A stretch of 64,000 bases of DNA from a virus. Its lineage: Duplodnaviria > Heunggongvirae > Uroviricota > Caudoviricetes. Numbering within the stretch: the stretch's first letter is position 1; every line of letters starts with the position of its first letter. The position numbers and the translations under genes were made by a program. Where the stretch lies: positions 259,216 to 323,215 of IMG/VR virus record IMGVR_UViG_3300049049_000146; one strand, 5' to 3'. Shown here in pieces: positions 19,027 through 28,936 of this stretch. The notes below the pieces were generated by a model. That model saw only the letters and a list, made by a program, of their open reading frames with translations, was not told the DNA's origin and made no database searches.

Positions 19027-21267
19027 TCACGCTGCTGACTTGCCACGATTGATGGCAAGGAGGTCCTGTTCGTCCTTCACACCTTCATTGGTGCGGAGTC
19101 CGCGATCAAGTGCGTCGTCGATAGCCAAGAACATCGCACCATATGCCTGAATTGCGGCAGGCAAACGAGGATACTTCTTCCTCAGCTTCTCGGCAAACCG
19201 CATCAGGGCCTGTACGGACTTCGCGATCTTCTCTGAATTTCGCAGAAGCTCGGCCTCTACCTCGGCGTCCTCAGGCAGAAGAGCAACGAACTTCACAATC
19301 TGCGGAGCGGATGTCTCCATCAGACGCTTCGCGAACTGTAGTTCATTCTGGGGCTTGCGTGCTTTCTGTTCGACTGCCTTCATCGCGCCAGGAGACGGTG
19401 CGTGCTGAAGGCCCTTCGAGTATACGTCCTTGCGTTCCCCGAGCGCCTGAAGTGACGTATCAATCTCCTGAAGCTTCTGTTGAAGCTTGCGGGCTTTGAT
19501 TGGGTCCTCGGAGAACTGCTGGAGAAGGGCTTCGGCCTTCTGACGCTCCTTCACAAGGAGCTTTTCGGTCTCCTGGAGCATCTTCAGGTTCTGTCGAGCC
19601 TCATCAACCTGCAGGTTCATGTCACGACGAGGCTTCGATGTATCCCGCTTGTTGAATTGGAACTTGTCGATGCCTTCGCTGATCGCGGTGCCGACGTCCT
19701 TAGCCTTGTCCACCGCCCACTGACCGATGTCGCGGCCCTTGGAGATGAAATCTCGAAGACCCAGCGCTTCCTTGACGTATCCCGCCTGGCGAAGATCTTC
19801 GACGAGAGCCATAGCCTCGCGAAGCTCGTCGTCGCCTGCTTCCATGTCGTCGTCGGACCCGCCAGGATTGATCCCCTGCGTCATAGCATCTACAAGGATC
19901 ATGTAGAGCGTGGGCACGAGAAGAATGGCTGAGCGATGAACGTCGTCTCTCTTGTAACGATTCGACATCTTATGCATCGCGTCCACACGCTGCATAATGG
20001 ATTCGGTCGTCTGATCGATCGCCTGCTCAACCTTAGGGTCGTTTGGGATGGCGGGCACTAAGACGTTCGAGACGAAATTCTGGTACTGACCCTCCAAACG
20101 CTTCGCAAACGAAAGGATAGCGTCTGCTTTATCCTTTCGCGCCTTTGCCCGTTCAGTAAGATCGTTCTCAACATCGTCAGGCGCGATTTCATCACGCGAC
20201 TGCTCGCGTACCTTCTCGATCGTGTCCGAGTTACCGAGCGGGTTCTTCAGCTTCTCAATCTTTTCAGCTTCCTCATCGTGAGGAAGATTCTCCTTCATGA
20301 TCTCGTCGAGTTCACGGAGCTTCTGTTCCGTAGACTTATCACGAAGCTGGCTCTCTCGATCGAGAATTTCATGAACAAGCTCACGAGTGTTGTCCTCAAG
20401 CTTGTCGATGTCCTGCTGAATATCCTTGAGTTCAAGCTCCATTTCGTTGAACTTGTGAGCGTCGAACTCAGGATCGCTGTAGTAGGCATCCATGTTCTTG
20501 AGCAAGCGAAACATTTTCGTCCGCTGCTGCTCAAGCTGTTGATGGTTCTTCTCCTGCTCCTGGCGGAGCGCGTCGATGTTCTGAAGCTCGTTGATCTTGT
20601 CCTGGATCAACTCTTCGATGATCTTGTCGTCCTCAGTTCCCGGCGTGCTGATCGCTGCGTCATTCGCCTCCTGCAACTGCTCGATGAGCTTGTCAGAGGA
20701 CTGAATGATCTGAGAAACGAGGTTGTCTTGTGCCTTGATGTCCACGTCAAGGCTGTTGATCGCCTGCTCCCAGAATTGGAAGTGGCGGCTAAGCATCTCA
20801 ATCTTGCGTTGCGCCTGCTCAGATGAGTCATCCTTGAGCGCGTCCATCTGAGCAATCGCCTTTTCAAGCGACTTCTCAGCGTTCTCGCGCTTCTTCTTGA
20901 GCAATTCGAGGCGCTTCTTCGCCTTCTCCAGCGCCTTCAGTTCTAGCTGCTCGCGCTGATCGAGAATCTGTTCGTGGTAAGCAGCAGCCTGTGCCTTATC
21001 CTGGGCACTGACTCCCTGGGAAATGATGTCCTGTGCCTGTTGCGGTGTCAGTCCAGCAATGTCGTCCGGACCGTAGCCAAGGTCCGCTAGAGACTGTCGC
21101 ATCTCCTGCGTGATCATAAACGGGATGGACGCGCCCCCGTCCGCCGCCCGCTTCTCGAATCGGGCGATAGCTTCACGCATACGAACACGACGCAAACGAG
21201 CATCGCGAAGATGCTCGTTGATGCGATTAGTGACTAGCAGGTGGTTGTACCTAGCGGAGATTGACAT
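19027..21267 (-). CDS. large coiled-coil protein
   Basis: 746 aa, E/K/Q/L heptad-rich. Confidence 0.75.
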   Translation of the reverse strand: MSISARYNHLLVTNRINEHLRDARLRRVRMREAIARFEKRAADGGASIPFMITQEMRQSLADLGYGPDDIAGLTPQQAQDIISQGVSAQDKAQAAAYHEQILDQREQLELKALEKAKKRLELLKKKRENAEKSLEKAIAQMDALKDDSSEQAQRKIEMLSRHFQFWEQAINSLDVDIKAQDNLVSQIIQSSDKLIEQLQEANDAAISTPGTEDDKIIEELIQDKINELQNIDALRQEQEKNHQQLEQQRTKMFRLLKNMDAYYSDPEFDAHKFNEMELELKDIQQDIDKLEDNTRELVHEILDRESQLRDKSTEQKLRELDEIMKENLPHDEEAEKIEKLKNPLGNSDTIEKVREQSRDEIAPDDVENDLTERAKARKDKADAILSFAKRLEGQYQNFVSNVLVPAIPNDPKVEQAIDQTTESIMQRVDAMHKMSNRYKRDDVHRSAILLVPTLYMILVDAMTQGINPGGSDDDMEAGDDELREAMALVEDLRQAGYVKEALGLRDFISKGRDIGQWAVDKAKDVGTAISEGIDKFQFNKRDTSKPRRDMNLQVDEARQNLKMLQETEKLLVKERQKAEALLQQFSEDPIKARKLQQKLQEIDTSLQALGERKDVYSKGLQHAPSPGAMKAVEQKARKPQNELQFAKRLMETSAPQIVKFVALLPEDAEVEAELLRNSEKIAKSVQALMRFAEKLRKKYPRLPAAIQAYGAMFLAIDDALDRGLRTNEGVKDEQDLLAINRGKSAA

Positions 21268-21270
21268 CGC

Positions 21271-22329
21271 TCACCTTGAGAGACTTCCGTCCCACTCGAC
21301 GGCCAACCCGCCGCCCAAACTCAAAATAAGGCGTCCGTTGTCAACGAAAGACCGGTACGGGATAGAATCTGAGATGTAGCGGAATCCCCTCAGGTAGCCG
21401 CGGTCATCCTCTTCGTTACCTGCTGCGTTACATCCGATAGGGATCTTAGCGGAATCGTTACGCAAATCGAACTGGTTGACCGGAAGACTGGTGAACATAT
21501 TCGCCGCCACAGAATCTCCGTACGTCAACGCGGAGTATTGAACCTCTGTAGCAAGAGCAGCGTTCAGCCCTCTGACATCAGCCAGAGCACCGGCAGCCGA
21601 GAGAACCGGCGTGCCCGCGGAGGAAACAACAAAACGATCGTCGACCGCGAGGCGACGGCCCTCACCTGCACCAACATAAGCGATGTTGAAGACTCCCGTG
21701 CCCGCGGTCGTCTGCGTCCACATGCGAATGTGGCTGTCGTCGATCAACGCATACCAGGTCTGAGTCGCGTCGGCCTGAATAGAACGCGTACTGAGGGACG
21801 GTAGTGTCCATCCTGCAGCCCAGCCCGCGCTAGGACCGACCTGGATATCGATCGTGTCAGTAGACGGAGCAGTCATCGAGAATCGCGCTTGCCACAAAGG
21901 AGCAGTCGACCCAGCAAGCGCCTGTACAACGAATTCTGTAGCGCCTGTGTTCAGCGTGGGGTCGACGACACGGAAGCTAACGTTCATGTCGTCAACGAAC
22001 GCTGCGCCATAGGGGCCGCTTGCGAGGACCACTTCAGTAGCACTGGCAACACCGATGATCTCGTACACACCTACATTCGAGAATTCGGAGTTGTACACCG
22101 TCAGCCACTTACCGACGTGGCCTACGACGAACGGACCGGTAGCTGAAGTAAGACGATTTGGGGTTAACGAGGAGACAACACCGTCAGTCCCCGTCGCCAT
22201 TGGTGTGAAATTTCCTGCGGGATTCGCGTACACGTCTCCCCAGCCCAGTGCGTAGACAAGGGTCTCACGGAGAAGGGTGTGAAAAGTGCGCGCAGGCTGC
22301 GCAATTCTCTTCAAGATCTTGGTAGGCAT
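21271..22329 (-). CDS. virion structural protein, paralog of 16208..17317
   Basis: Same motif set as 16208..17317; follows the giant fibre gene. Confidence 0.6.
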   Translation of the reverse strand: MPTKILKRIAQPARTFHTLLRETLVYALGWGDVYANPAGNFTPMATGTDGVVSSLTPNRLTSATGPFVVGHVGKWLTVYNSEFSNVGVYEIIGVASATEVVLASGPYGAAFVDDMNVSFRVVDPTLNTGATEFVVQALAGSTAPLWQARFSMTAPSTDTIDIQVGPSAGWAAGWTLPSLSTRSIQADATQTWYALIDDSHIRMWTQTTAGTGVFNIAYVGAGEGRRLAVDDRFVVSSAGTPVLSAAGALADVRGLNAALATEVQYSALTYGDSVAANMFTSLPVNQFDLRNDSAKIPIGCNAAGNEEDDRGYLRGFRYISDSIPYRSFVDNGRLILSLGGGLAVEWDGSLSR

Positions 22330-22332
22330 TGA

Positions 22333-25300
22333 TCACTTTCTCTTGAAGACAGGACGTCCAACAGGAGTGAATACGTCAAAAGCGTAGCCAGGCAAGAGCG
22401 AAAGGTACTGCGACGAGAGCGTGGCGAGTCCGGTAGACACACCCATCGAAACCTCGTCACGAGCGCCCGCGTCCTCGGATCGAATCATATACGACTGTGC
22501 AGTCATACCTGAAAGCGCCGAGAGGGCGGACTGCTCGCCTGCAGCCAAGTCCGGCTGAGACCCTGCCGCAGTCGGAAGGGACGTAAGCGAACCGTACGGT
22601 GCAGGCCACGACTTTCCGCGCAACGCGAATGTCGTTCCTGTCACAGTTGGAGAAACGTTGATTACGTAACCGAACTGGCCGCCCACAGGGCTGAAACTCG
22701 TTGGTGACGAGCGGACCCATACGCCGCGAATTGGAGAATTCGTAGGCCAATCGGTAGCGCCGTTAGCAACCAACGAGGATTGAAGCGCCGCGCGATCTGC
22801 AGCCCACACGTCGGAAAGACGTACGCCCTTCTTGAAGGCCACCTGAGGTGCCCCTGTGCTGCCCGCTACAGTTTCTGGGTCGATGCGATTGAACGTAGAG
22901 CCAGCAAGCTGCAGGAGCGCCGGCTGGTACGTAACGCGTACGCCGGCAACCCACACACCAGCGGCACCCGACGTCATACCGAGCATCAAGAGGCTCGTTG
23001 ACGTGGAGTTTGCGTTGATCATGTCAGTGACCGGGGCAAACCCAGCACCAGACGGGAAGTTCGTCGCCGAACCAAGAGCAGTCAATGTGCTGTTGGTATG
23101 CGTCCACCGATAGCCCTGGATAGTCGCGTTGCCTCCGCTGGAGTGCATCTCGACCTCCCACACACGCCAACCGTCACGAATCTTACGCAAGGTCGCAAGC
23201 ATGCGCTGGCTTCCAGCAGTTGATTCGCGGCGAGGCATATTTGCACCAGCCGACTGCACCCAGTGAGTAGATGCTTCCGGCACGAAATCCAGTGCGGTAA
23301 GCTTCTCGACAGTATCGAACGTCTCAGCGGTCATGAGAGTTCCGACCATCGAGTTCAATGCGACCTGGAACGCGCTTCCCACGAATGGCAGGTGCTGAAT
23401 GACGCTGCTGTACAAGGGCGCGGACGTAGAAGGATACCTATTGAGGTTGTCTCGACGAACGAAGTCAGTGCGACTCATCGTACGCGTCACAGTGTAATCA
23501 ACACCGTGAGCGCCGACAGGGCCTACGTCTGCCGTAATCTGGTGAGGTACTCGAATAGAGTCGTTGAAGTTCAAGCGAGAAATCGCAGAATTCGTGATTG
23601 CTCGCGGGCTCCACATCGAGGTTCCGTAGCCCGTGGTCGTAACAGCGACGTCAGAAACGGCTTCTACAACGCCAAGACCTCTGCGCGCCAAAGCTACAGC
23701 GTCATTCCCAACACCCTGGTAAGGTGCCATCTCGTAGTAGACGACCGCCTGCTCCGAGGAATCCATAGGAATTCGGAGGGGCTGGACGACGAGAACGGAC
23801 ACCGTGCCACCGGGGTCGGAGTGACTCAGTGTAGTAGCAGCGCCCCATCCTGCGATGTGCTCAGTCGACGTACCGAGGTGATTGAAGTTGTAGCTGATAC
23901 CAGCGCGAGGGTTATCCGCAGCGTCAACCCATGTACGGTAGGGGCCGCCTGCATTAGAAATGTAGACGAGTGCTTCTGCTTCTCTATTGAACGTGAACGA
24001 CGTGAAGGATGCGCCGCCATTCACGCCAAGCAGCACGTCCGTGCAAACGTCAGAGAAGGGAACGGAGTAAGCACGCTGATTTACGAGTGGGTTGCGGTGC
24101 AGAACCTCACGACCATAAATCAGAGTGTTGCTGCTGTTGAATTCCGTGAAGCCCCACTGGTACGGACCGCGCACCTGCTTAGACGGCTGGCTGAACTCCA
24201 TCCAGCGGTACACCTGGTCGCCGTCGCACAGCACAACCACGTCACATGACGTAGCGGTCGTCGTATTTCTGAACAGAATGCGGCAACGAGACAACGCAGG
24301 AAGACCCGCACCATCGTCAAGCTCGATGTAACGAACCTGCGCGTTGGCCGTCTGCCCCGTGAGAGAAATACTCTCCACGCCGAAGATGCGAACATCGCCA
24401 TCTGTGGTGGCCAATGGGCCGTAACCCAAGGTCGCGAAAGCGGTACGCACCATCGACTGTGTGATCGTAGCCCTGAACGAGCCGTCGATCGGTACGTTTC
24501 GGATCAGAACCTTGATTGCACCGACATTCAAGCGCTCGTTAGAAGGTCCGTTGTCAACGCGGTGAATGACCTTCGGAATGCCGTAAAGACCATCGTTCGT
24601 GGTATAGCCAACCGACATACGGTTAGCCTTCACCACCCACACGATGATGTTCATGTTCACGTTGGCGGCAGTGGCGATAGAGGGGTGCGTAATCGTCGAA
24701 GTAAACTCGACGATATTACCCTGACCGTCCAGCGTCAACGACGTGGTGCCGAGCGTACCACTACCAGTACCGAGATACATTCGGTTGGTCGTGATGTCGC
24801 GGTAGCAGACTGAAATGCGATTCGGCCCGAGCACCGTTCCGTTTGGGAACGTAAAGTGACAGCCCGCAGGGGCACGAACCGTCAAGGTTCCACCAGAGCC
24901 GCCGCCGTTCCACGTAAAGCACGGCGTGCCCGCGTAGGAAACTGACGAATCGTTCTGAAGGACGTTCGTTCCTGTGAACGACCAAGCGATCGGCATCGCT
25001 TCCGCGGACTCTGACCAGACAGTGCGCTGTCCGTCAGGACCATTCGTTACGCGGTGAACGTTTGGAATCGCGAGACCGGACGTAGCGATCTGATCAATGA
25101 TCGTGTGAGAAGTACCGACTGCTACGCTCTGGTAGGGGTGAGCCACGAACTTGGTGTTCAATTCGCCACGCAGAAGCTTCTCCCACGATTCATCGAGAAT
25201 TGCGTCAAGCGTCGCTTCGTCGATCACCGTCTTACGACGAAGGTCGAGGATTTCTCGTGCCTGAGGAATCGTGGCCGAAGTGTTGGGCAGTCCGAGCTTG

Positions 25301-27351
25301 TTGGGAGTCGTTACGTCAGCGCCGTTCTGGTTCGTATTGCTGTATGAACCAGTGTTTCGACGGTGAACCAAGCAAATTGGAATAGCGTAGATGTAGTCGG
25401 TGCCACCAGGGAGTCCCGCAGTGCGCTCTTCGTCATTCGACGGGTCACGACGCCAGATACCTGGGCCCTCCTTCGTGTAAGAACCCCAAGCCGAACCAAG
25501 AAGAGGGTGAGCAACAGTGCTCGCCGCTGTCATCGCATCGTCTTCGTCGATCCAGGCGTTCCCTGCGACAGCCGTAGGCGATGAGAACGCAATGTAACGG
25601 CCCGTCCAAGCAAAAATGTCGTAGCCCTGATGTTCGAGCCGGCCGCCGAACAAAGCGCTCGTGGCCGAACGCGTCGAATCTGCGTTCGGATTCTTTCTGA
25701 ACGGCGTCTTGCTGATCTCCAGCACCACGAAATCGCGACGATTATCCGTTGCTGGAGGCGCGGGCAGAGAAACCAGCGTATCACTGGTACGTGCAAGGAA
25801 GCCCTGAATACTCAGAACACCCTCAGGAACGAAGACCTGGTTCACTCCACCAGAAATAGGAGTCTCGGTTCCGGTGAGGAAGCCGTCAGCAAGCTGCTCG
25901 CGCTCCGAATCCTCGAATTCAGGGATTCGAAGAATCTCTCCTGTCAGAACGTTGGCCATCGACTCGGCGCGTGGGGCGATGTCGAAGATGAAACGTCGAT
26001 TCAGAGAGCTTGGGCGATAGGTCTGGATGTAGTTTCCAGGACCTTCAGGGTCCGCCGACGCTGTGCCTGGGCGCTTTACGACAAGCAGGGGGACCGCGTA
26101 GATGACGCCGTCGACCTTAGCCGCATCAACTGTGGTCGCGCGAAGGATTCTCTGATCGTTCGGCCCCGTGAAATTGAACGGGGTTCCATCGACGCTATTG
26201 AACGCGCCGTCCAAATCGCCGGTCTTGTACACGGCGGTGGCGGGGCAGTTCGAGAAAACCCCGTAGGAGTATCTCGTGATGACGATCTGAGAACCGGTGC
26301 GGTACTCAATCGCGCTGAAATCGTAGTTAGGCGTAGCTCCAGATTCGAGAAGACGCTCCAACGAGTCGCGAAGCGTGCTGAATGGCACCGATGCACCAGC
26401 GTCATTCGTGTACGTAACAGAGCTAGGAGCTACTGCGAGAGTCTCGCGCCAAACCTGGAGATAAATCAGGTCGTAGCGAGGAGCAGCGCCTACGGGCGGA
26501 GCAGACAGTGTTACTTGCTGAGCGCGAGTCTTCACGAGGTGACCGTTGACCGCCCAGTGAGCGCCCTGAATCCCGAGCGCGTTCGCACTCGCGATTGTGT
26601 AGTACGGAACACCCGCACCATTTGCGATCACTTGCGTACCGATCGTGTGCTCACCACCAACCTGGTCGTTGATGCCGCCGATCAGACCGGAACCGAGCGT
26701 AGAGCGAAGCAGTTGCTTCTGAAGCTCTGTCTCCCGCGCTGTGGTTTCGCTTAGGTCAAGCGCACCACCGAGGACGCCCCAGCTGAGGGCGCTCGCATCC
26801 CAAACGTAGGGAACGAGCGTATCGAGAGCAATTCTAACGTCACCGTCGCGGTTTCCAGTGGTAGGAAGAGATCCAGACGTAGCAACGGGAGCGCGCCAAC
26901 CAGTCTTACCGAGCTTATCTGCCCAGTCACCGACGCTGTAATCAAGGTAGCTAGCAAGAATCGACGTCGCACCAAACGGAACGCTCACGCGAGCGAAGGT
27001 GACGAAGTAGTTGCGGCTAACTGACGTGAGCCAGGTCGACTCCGGAACGACAAGAAGATTTGCGATCGTTGTCGTAAGGCTACGGTACTCCAGATGAAGG
27101 ATGATGTAGCTTACTAGCGTACCAGGCGCGGAGGGCGCCGGAATTGAGAGTGCTTCGGTTGAATCAGAAATCGCTACGACACCGTCGTAGCCCGCTGCGA
27201 TGAACGGAGCAATGCTCACGCTCAACGACGAACCAGACGGAGTAAGCTGGCCTCCGTCAAAGATTCCGCGGTCGATGATCCTAGCCGAGCGGCTGTTCAG
27301 ATCCTGTGTAGAATCTGAATTGCGGTAGATTAGTACAGGCTTGATCGCCAC
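22333..27351 (-). CDS. giant tail fibre / baseplate-associated protein (1672 aa)
   Basis: Repeated VTLSAPP..RYDLIYLQ / VSLPAPP..RRDFVVLE modules, LPTTGNRDGDVRI motif, S/T/G-rich; follows a collar gene. Confidence 0.7.
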   Translation of the reverse strand: MAIKPVLIYRNSDSTQDLNSRSARIIDRGIFDGGQLTPSGSSLSVSIAPFIAAGYDGVVAISDSTEALSIPAPSAPGTLVSYIILHLEYRSLTTTIANLLVVPESTWLTSVSRNYFVTFARVSVPFGATSILASYLDYSVGDWADKLGKTGWRAPVATSGSLPTTGNRDGDVRIALDTLVPYVWDASALSWGVLGGALDLSETTARETELQKQLLRSTLGSGLIGGINDQVGGEHTIGTQVIANGAGVPYYTIASANALGIQGAHWAVNGHLVKTRAQQVTLSAPPVGAAPRYDLIYLQVWRETLAVAPSSVTYTNDAGASVPFSTLRDSLERLLESGATPNYDFSAIEYRTGSQIVITRYSYGVFSNCPATAVYKTGDLDGAFNSVDGTPFNFTGPNDQRILRATTVDAAKVDGVIYAVPLLVVKRPGTASADPEGPGNYIQTYRPSSLNRRFIFDIAPRAESMANVLTGEILRIPEFEDSEREQLADGFLTGTETPISGGVNQVFVPEGVLSIQGFLARTSDTLVSLPAPPATDNRRDFVVLEISKTPFRKNPNADSTRSATSALFGGRLEHQGYDIFAWTGRYIAFSSPTAVAGNAWIDEDDAMTAASTVAHPLLGSAWGSYTKEGPGIWRRDPSNDEERTAGLPGGTDYIYAIPICLVHRRNTGSYSNTNQNGADVTTPNKLGLPNTSATIPQAREILDLRRKTVIDEATLDAILDESWEKLLRGELNTKFVAHPYQSVAVGTSHTIIDQIATSGLAIPNVHRVTNGPDGQRTVWSESAEAMPIAWSFTGTNVLQNDSSVSYAGTPCFTWNGGGSGGTLTVRAPAGCHFTFPNGTVLGPNRISVCYRDITTNRMYLGTGSGTLGTTSLTLDGQGNIVEFTSTITHPSIATAANVNMNIIVWVVKANRMSVGYTTNDGLYGIPKVIHRVDNGPSNERLNVGAIKVLIRNVPIDGSFRATITQSMVRTAFATLGYGPLATTDGDVRIFGVESISLTGQTANAQVRYIELDDGAGLPALSRCRILFRNTTTATSCDVVVLCDGDQVYRWMEFSQPSKQVRGPYQWGFTEFNSSNTLIYGREVLHRNPLVNQRAYSVPFSDVCTDVLLGVNGGASFTSFTFNREAEALVYISNAGGPYRTWVDAADNPRAGISYNFNHLGTSTEHIAGWGAATTLSHSDPGGTVSVLVVQPLRIPMDSSEQAVVYYEMAPYQGVGNDAVALARRGLGVVEAVSDVAVTTTGYGTSMWSPRAITNSAISRLNFNDSIRVPHQITADVGPVGAHGVDYTVTRTMSRTDFVRRDNLNRYPSTSAPLYSSVIQHLPFVGSAFQVALNSMVGTLMTAETFDTVEKLTALDFVPEASTHWVQSAGANMPRRESTAGSQRMLATLRKIRDGWRVWEVEMHSSGGNATIQGYRWTHTNSTLTALGSATNFPSGAGFAPVTDMINANSTSTSLLMLGMTSGAAGVWVAGVRVTYQPALLQLAGSTFNRIDPETVAGSTGAPQVAFKKGVRLSDVWAADRAALQSSLVANGATDWPTNSPIRGVWVRSSPTSFSPVGGQFGYVINVSPTVTGTTFALRGKSWPAPYGSLTSLPTAAGSQPDLAAGEQSALSALSGMTAQSYMIRSEDAGARDEVSMGVSTGLATLSSQYLSLLPGYAFDVFTPVGRPVFKRK

Positions 27352-27363
27352 GGTTTCACCTTA

Positions 27364-27840
27364 TCAGAGTTGCACGAAAACGTCGTAGACGAAGCGTTCA
27401 GTCGGCGTCTTAAACTTCAGCGGAAAGTTAGCGATGGCAAACAGGAACTGCGTGCCGATTTCTGGGTCGCCAGGCGTCGGACTGTACACGACCGTGCCAA
27501 GAAGGCACAAGGAAGAGACAGCACCCGTTGCCTCACCAGGCTCAACAGAGCACGTAAATACTGGGCAGGTCTGGCTCGCAAAAGACACAGAATCGATCGT
27601 GTCTGCGAATGAACAGCCCCCAGCGGTCGAGATTGCCTCAATTGGAGCGCCCACGGGACCGCAATAGCATCCGGTACGTGTGGGATCTGGGGTAATTGCC
27701 AGCGTAGGGTCGACCGCGTCGTGGCCGTTTGAGCCGATGACGAAAGAATCCACGACAAAGCTCTTACCCGTCGCGAGCATCTCCGCGATCCGGGCCTTGC
27801 CTTGGTTGGTTACGAGTGCGAGTGCTTCAATCGTCGGCAT
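27364..27840 (-). CDS. tail-collar/fibre attachment protein (DUF3751-like)
   Basis: LVTNQGKARIAEMLA..FVVDSFVIGSNG...QFLFAIANFP. Confidence 0.65.
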   Translation of the reverse strand: MPTIEALALVTNQGKARIAEMLATGKSFVVDSFVIGSNGHDAVDPTLAITPDPTRTGCYCGPVGAPIEAISTAGGCSFADTIDSVSFASQTCPVFTCSVEPGEATGAVSSLCLLGTVVYSPTPGDPEIGTQFLFAIANFPLKFKTPTERFVYDVFVQL

Positions 27841-27854
27841 GAGGCGTCCTGTGG

Positions 27855-27863
27855 GTAGATAAG
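27855..27863 (-). promoter_or_regulatory. candidate phage promoter motif CTTATCTAC
   Basis: Match to the recurring intergenic consensus, 14 nt before the ATG at 27840. Confidence 0.45.
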
Positions 27864-27922
27864 GGCCTGTGCCCTTTCTGTTTATCAGAGGGCGGCACGA
27901 ACACTACGCAAAACAGACAAGG

Positions 27923-28936
27923 TCACATCAGTGCGCGACCATCGTCCTCGTAGATCGAGAAATGCGAAATGTAAGCCTCGTAAACGACGTAGGAGCTTGC
28001 GTTGTAGCAATAGAAGCCCACGTCATCCATCACGAGGCTGTTCCACGCGGCGGGCTGCCAAATAGCACCCTGGCTGGAGCTAAGCTGACCTCCCGTCTGC
28101 ATGCTCGCGTAAGATTCGATTCCATACAGCTGCCAGACGGCAGGGTTTTCACCGTTGGGCCGACGTACACGTAGCCTAAACCTATCCGGCCCACGGTTGA
28201 AATTGGCTGTGGAGGGGCTGTCGCTAGAGCAAAGCTGGTTGCTTGACGTCGTGTGCTGATTTGAAACTACGGTACCGATAGGGGTACTGGCAGACGAAAC
28301 GAGACGTCGGACATTCACGCCGTTCATGTTCGTGCCGCCAGTGATGTCGGCGAAAGGAAATACACCATACGTAACGCCGGAATTGATCGCGGCGCTGATG
28401 AACGTGATGTCGATGATGTAATTGACCGGCATCGGCGAAGGAAGATCGAGAATGCGCCAGAACCAACCGCCAGCCAGGGCGAGTGTGGGATTTCCTGGGT
28501 CTGGGGTACCAGTGTGAGGCACCTGAATACGCAGTACGTTGGATGTATGCCAAGGGTAGGGCGAGGCAACTACACTGAGCGTGGGCGCTCCGTACGGACC
28601 GCCGCCTAGGTCATTCCTGAAACCGTGAGGCGATGCTGCAAACTGCGTCGTGTCCGTGCCGTTCCATTCCCACGCCAGCTTGTGAGCGCCTGATGAGCCA
28701 TCGATCTGGGTCCACGTCGGCGCCGTGTGGTCCTGGAGGATGAAGAATTGGTACGGTGCAGCACTGCCTACCCGAGCCACACGCCCCACATCAGCCGCCA
28801 GAAACGTAACGGCGCCAAGAACCGCATCAGTTCCGGCGAGCATCGCCGCTGTGTCCACGAATGTGTAGTAGTGGACTACGTGAGCGCCCGCGTCTGGGTC
28901 GGAGGAAACAGGCTTGATGTCCTTGTGTAGAATCAT
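27923..28936 (-). CDS. tail fibre / receptor-binding-like protein
   Basis: DVGRVARV..FFILQDHTAPTW N-terminal fibre motif; beta-rich tip. Confidence 0.55.
   Translation of the reverse strand: MILHKDIKPVSSDPDAGAHVVHYYTFVDTAAMLAGTDAVLGAVTFLAADVGRVARVGSAAPYQFFILQDHTAPTWTQIDGSSGAHKLAWEWNGTDTTQFAASPHGFRNDLGGGPYGAPTLSVVASPYPWHTSNVLRIQVPHTGTPDPGNPTLALAGGWFWRILDLPSPMPVNYIIDITFISAAINSGVTYGVFPFADITGGTNMNGVNVRRLVSSASTPIGTVVSNQHTTSSNQLCSSDSPSTANFNRGPDRFRLRVRRPNGENPAVWQLYGIESYASMQTGGQLSSSQGAIWQPAAWNSLVMDDVGFYCYNASSYVVYEAYISHFSIYEDDGRALM

Noticed and set aside
23263-26754. 328-aa and 374-aa plus-strand ORFs
   Set aside because: Antisense to the 1672-aa fibre gene; Arg/Val-rich shadow composition
1222-28936. 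Diversity-generating retroelement or invertible fibre cassette
   Set aside because: No reverse transcriptase or recombinase, no strand switches, and no near-identical nucleotide repeat pair noticed by eye (a dot plot would be decisive)
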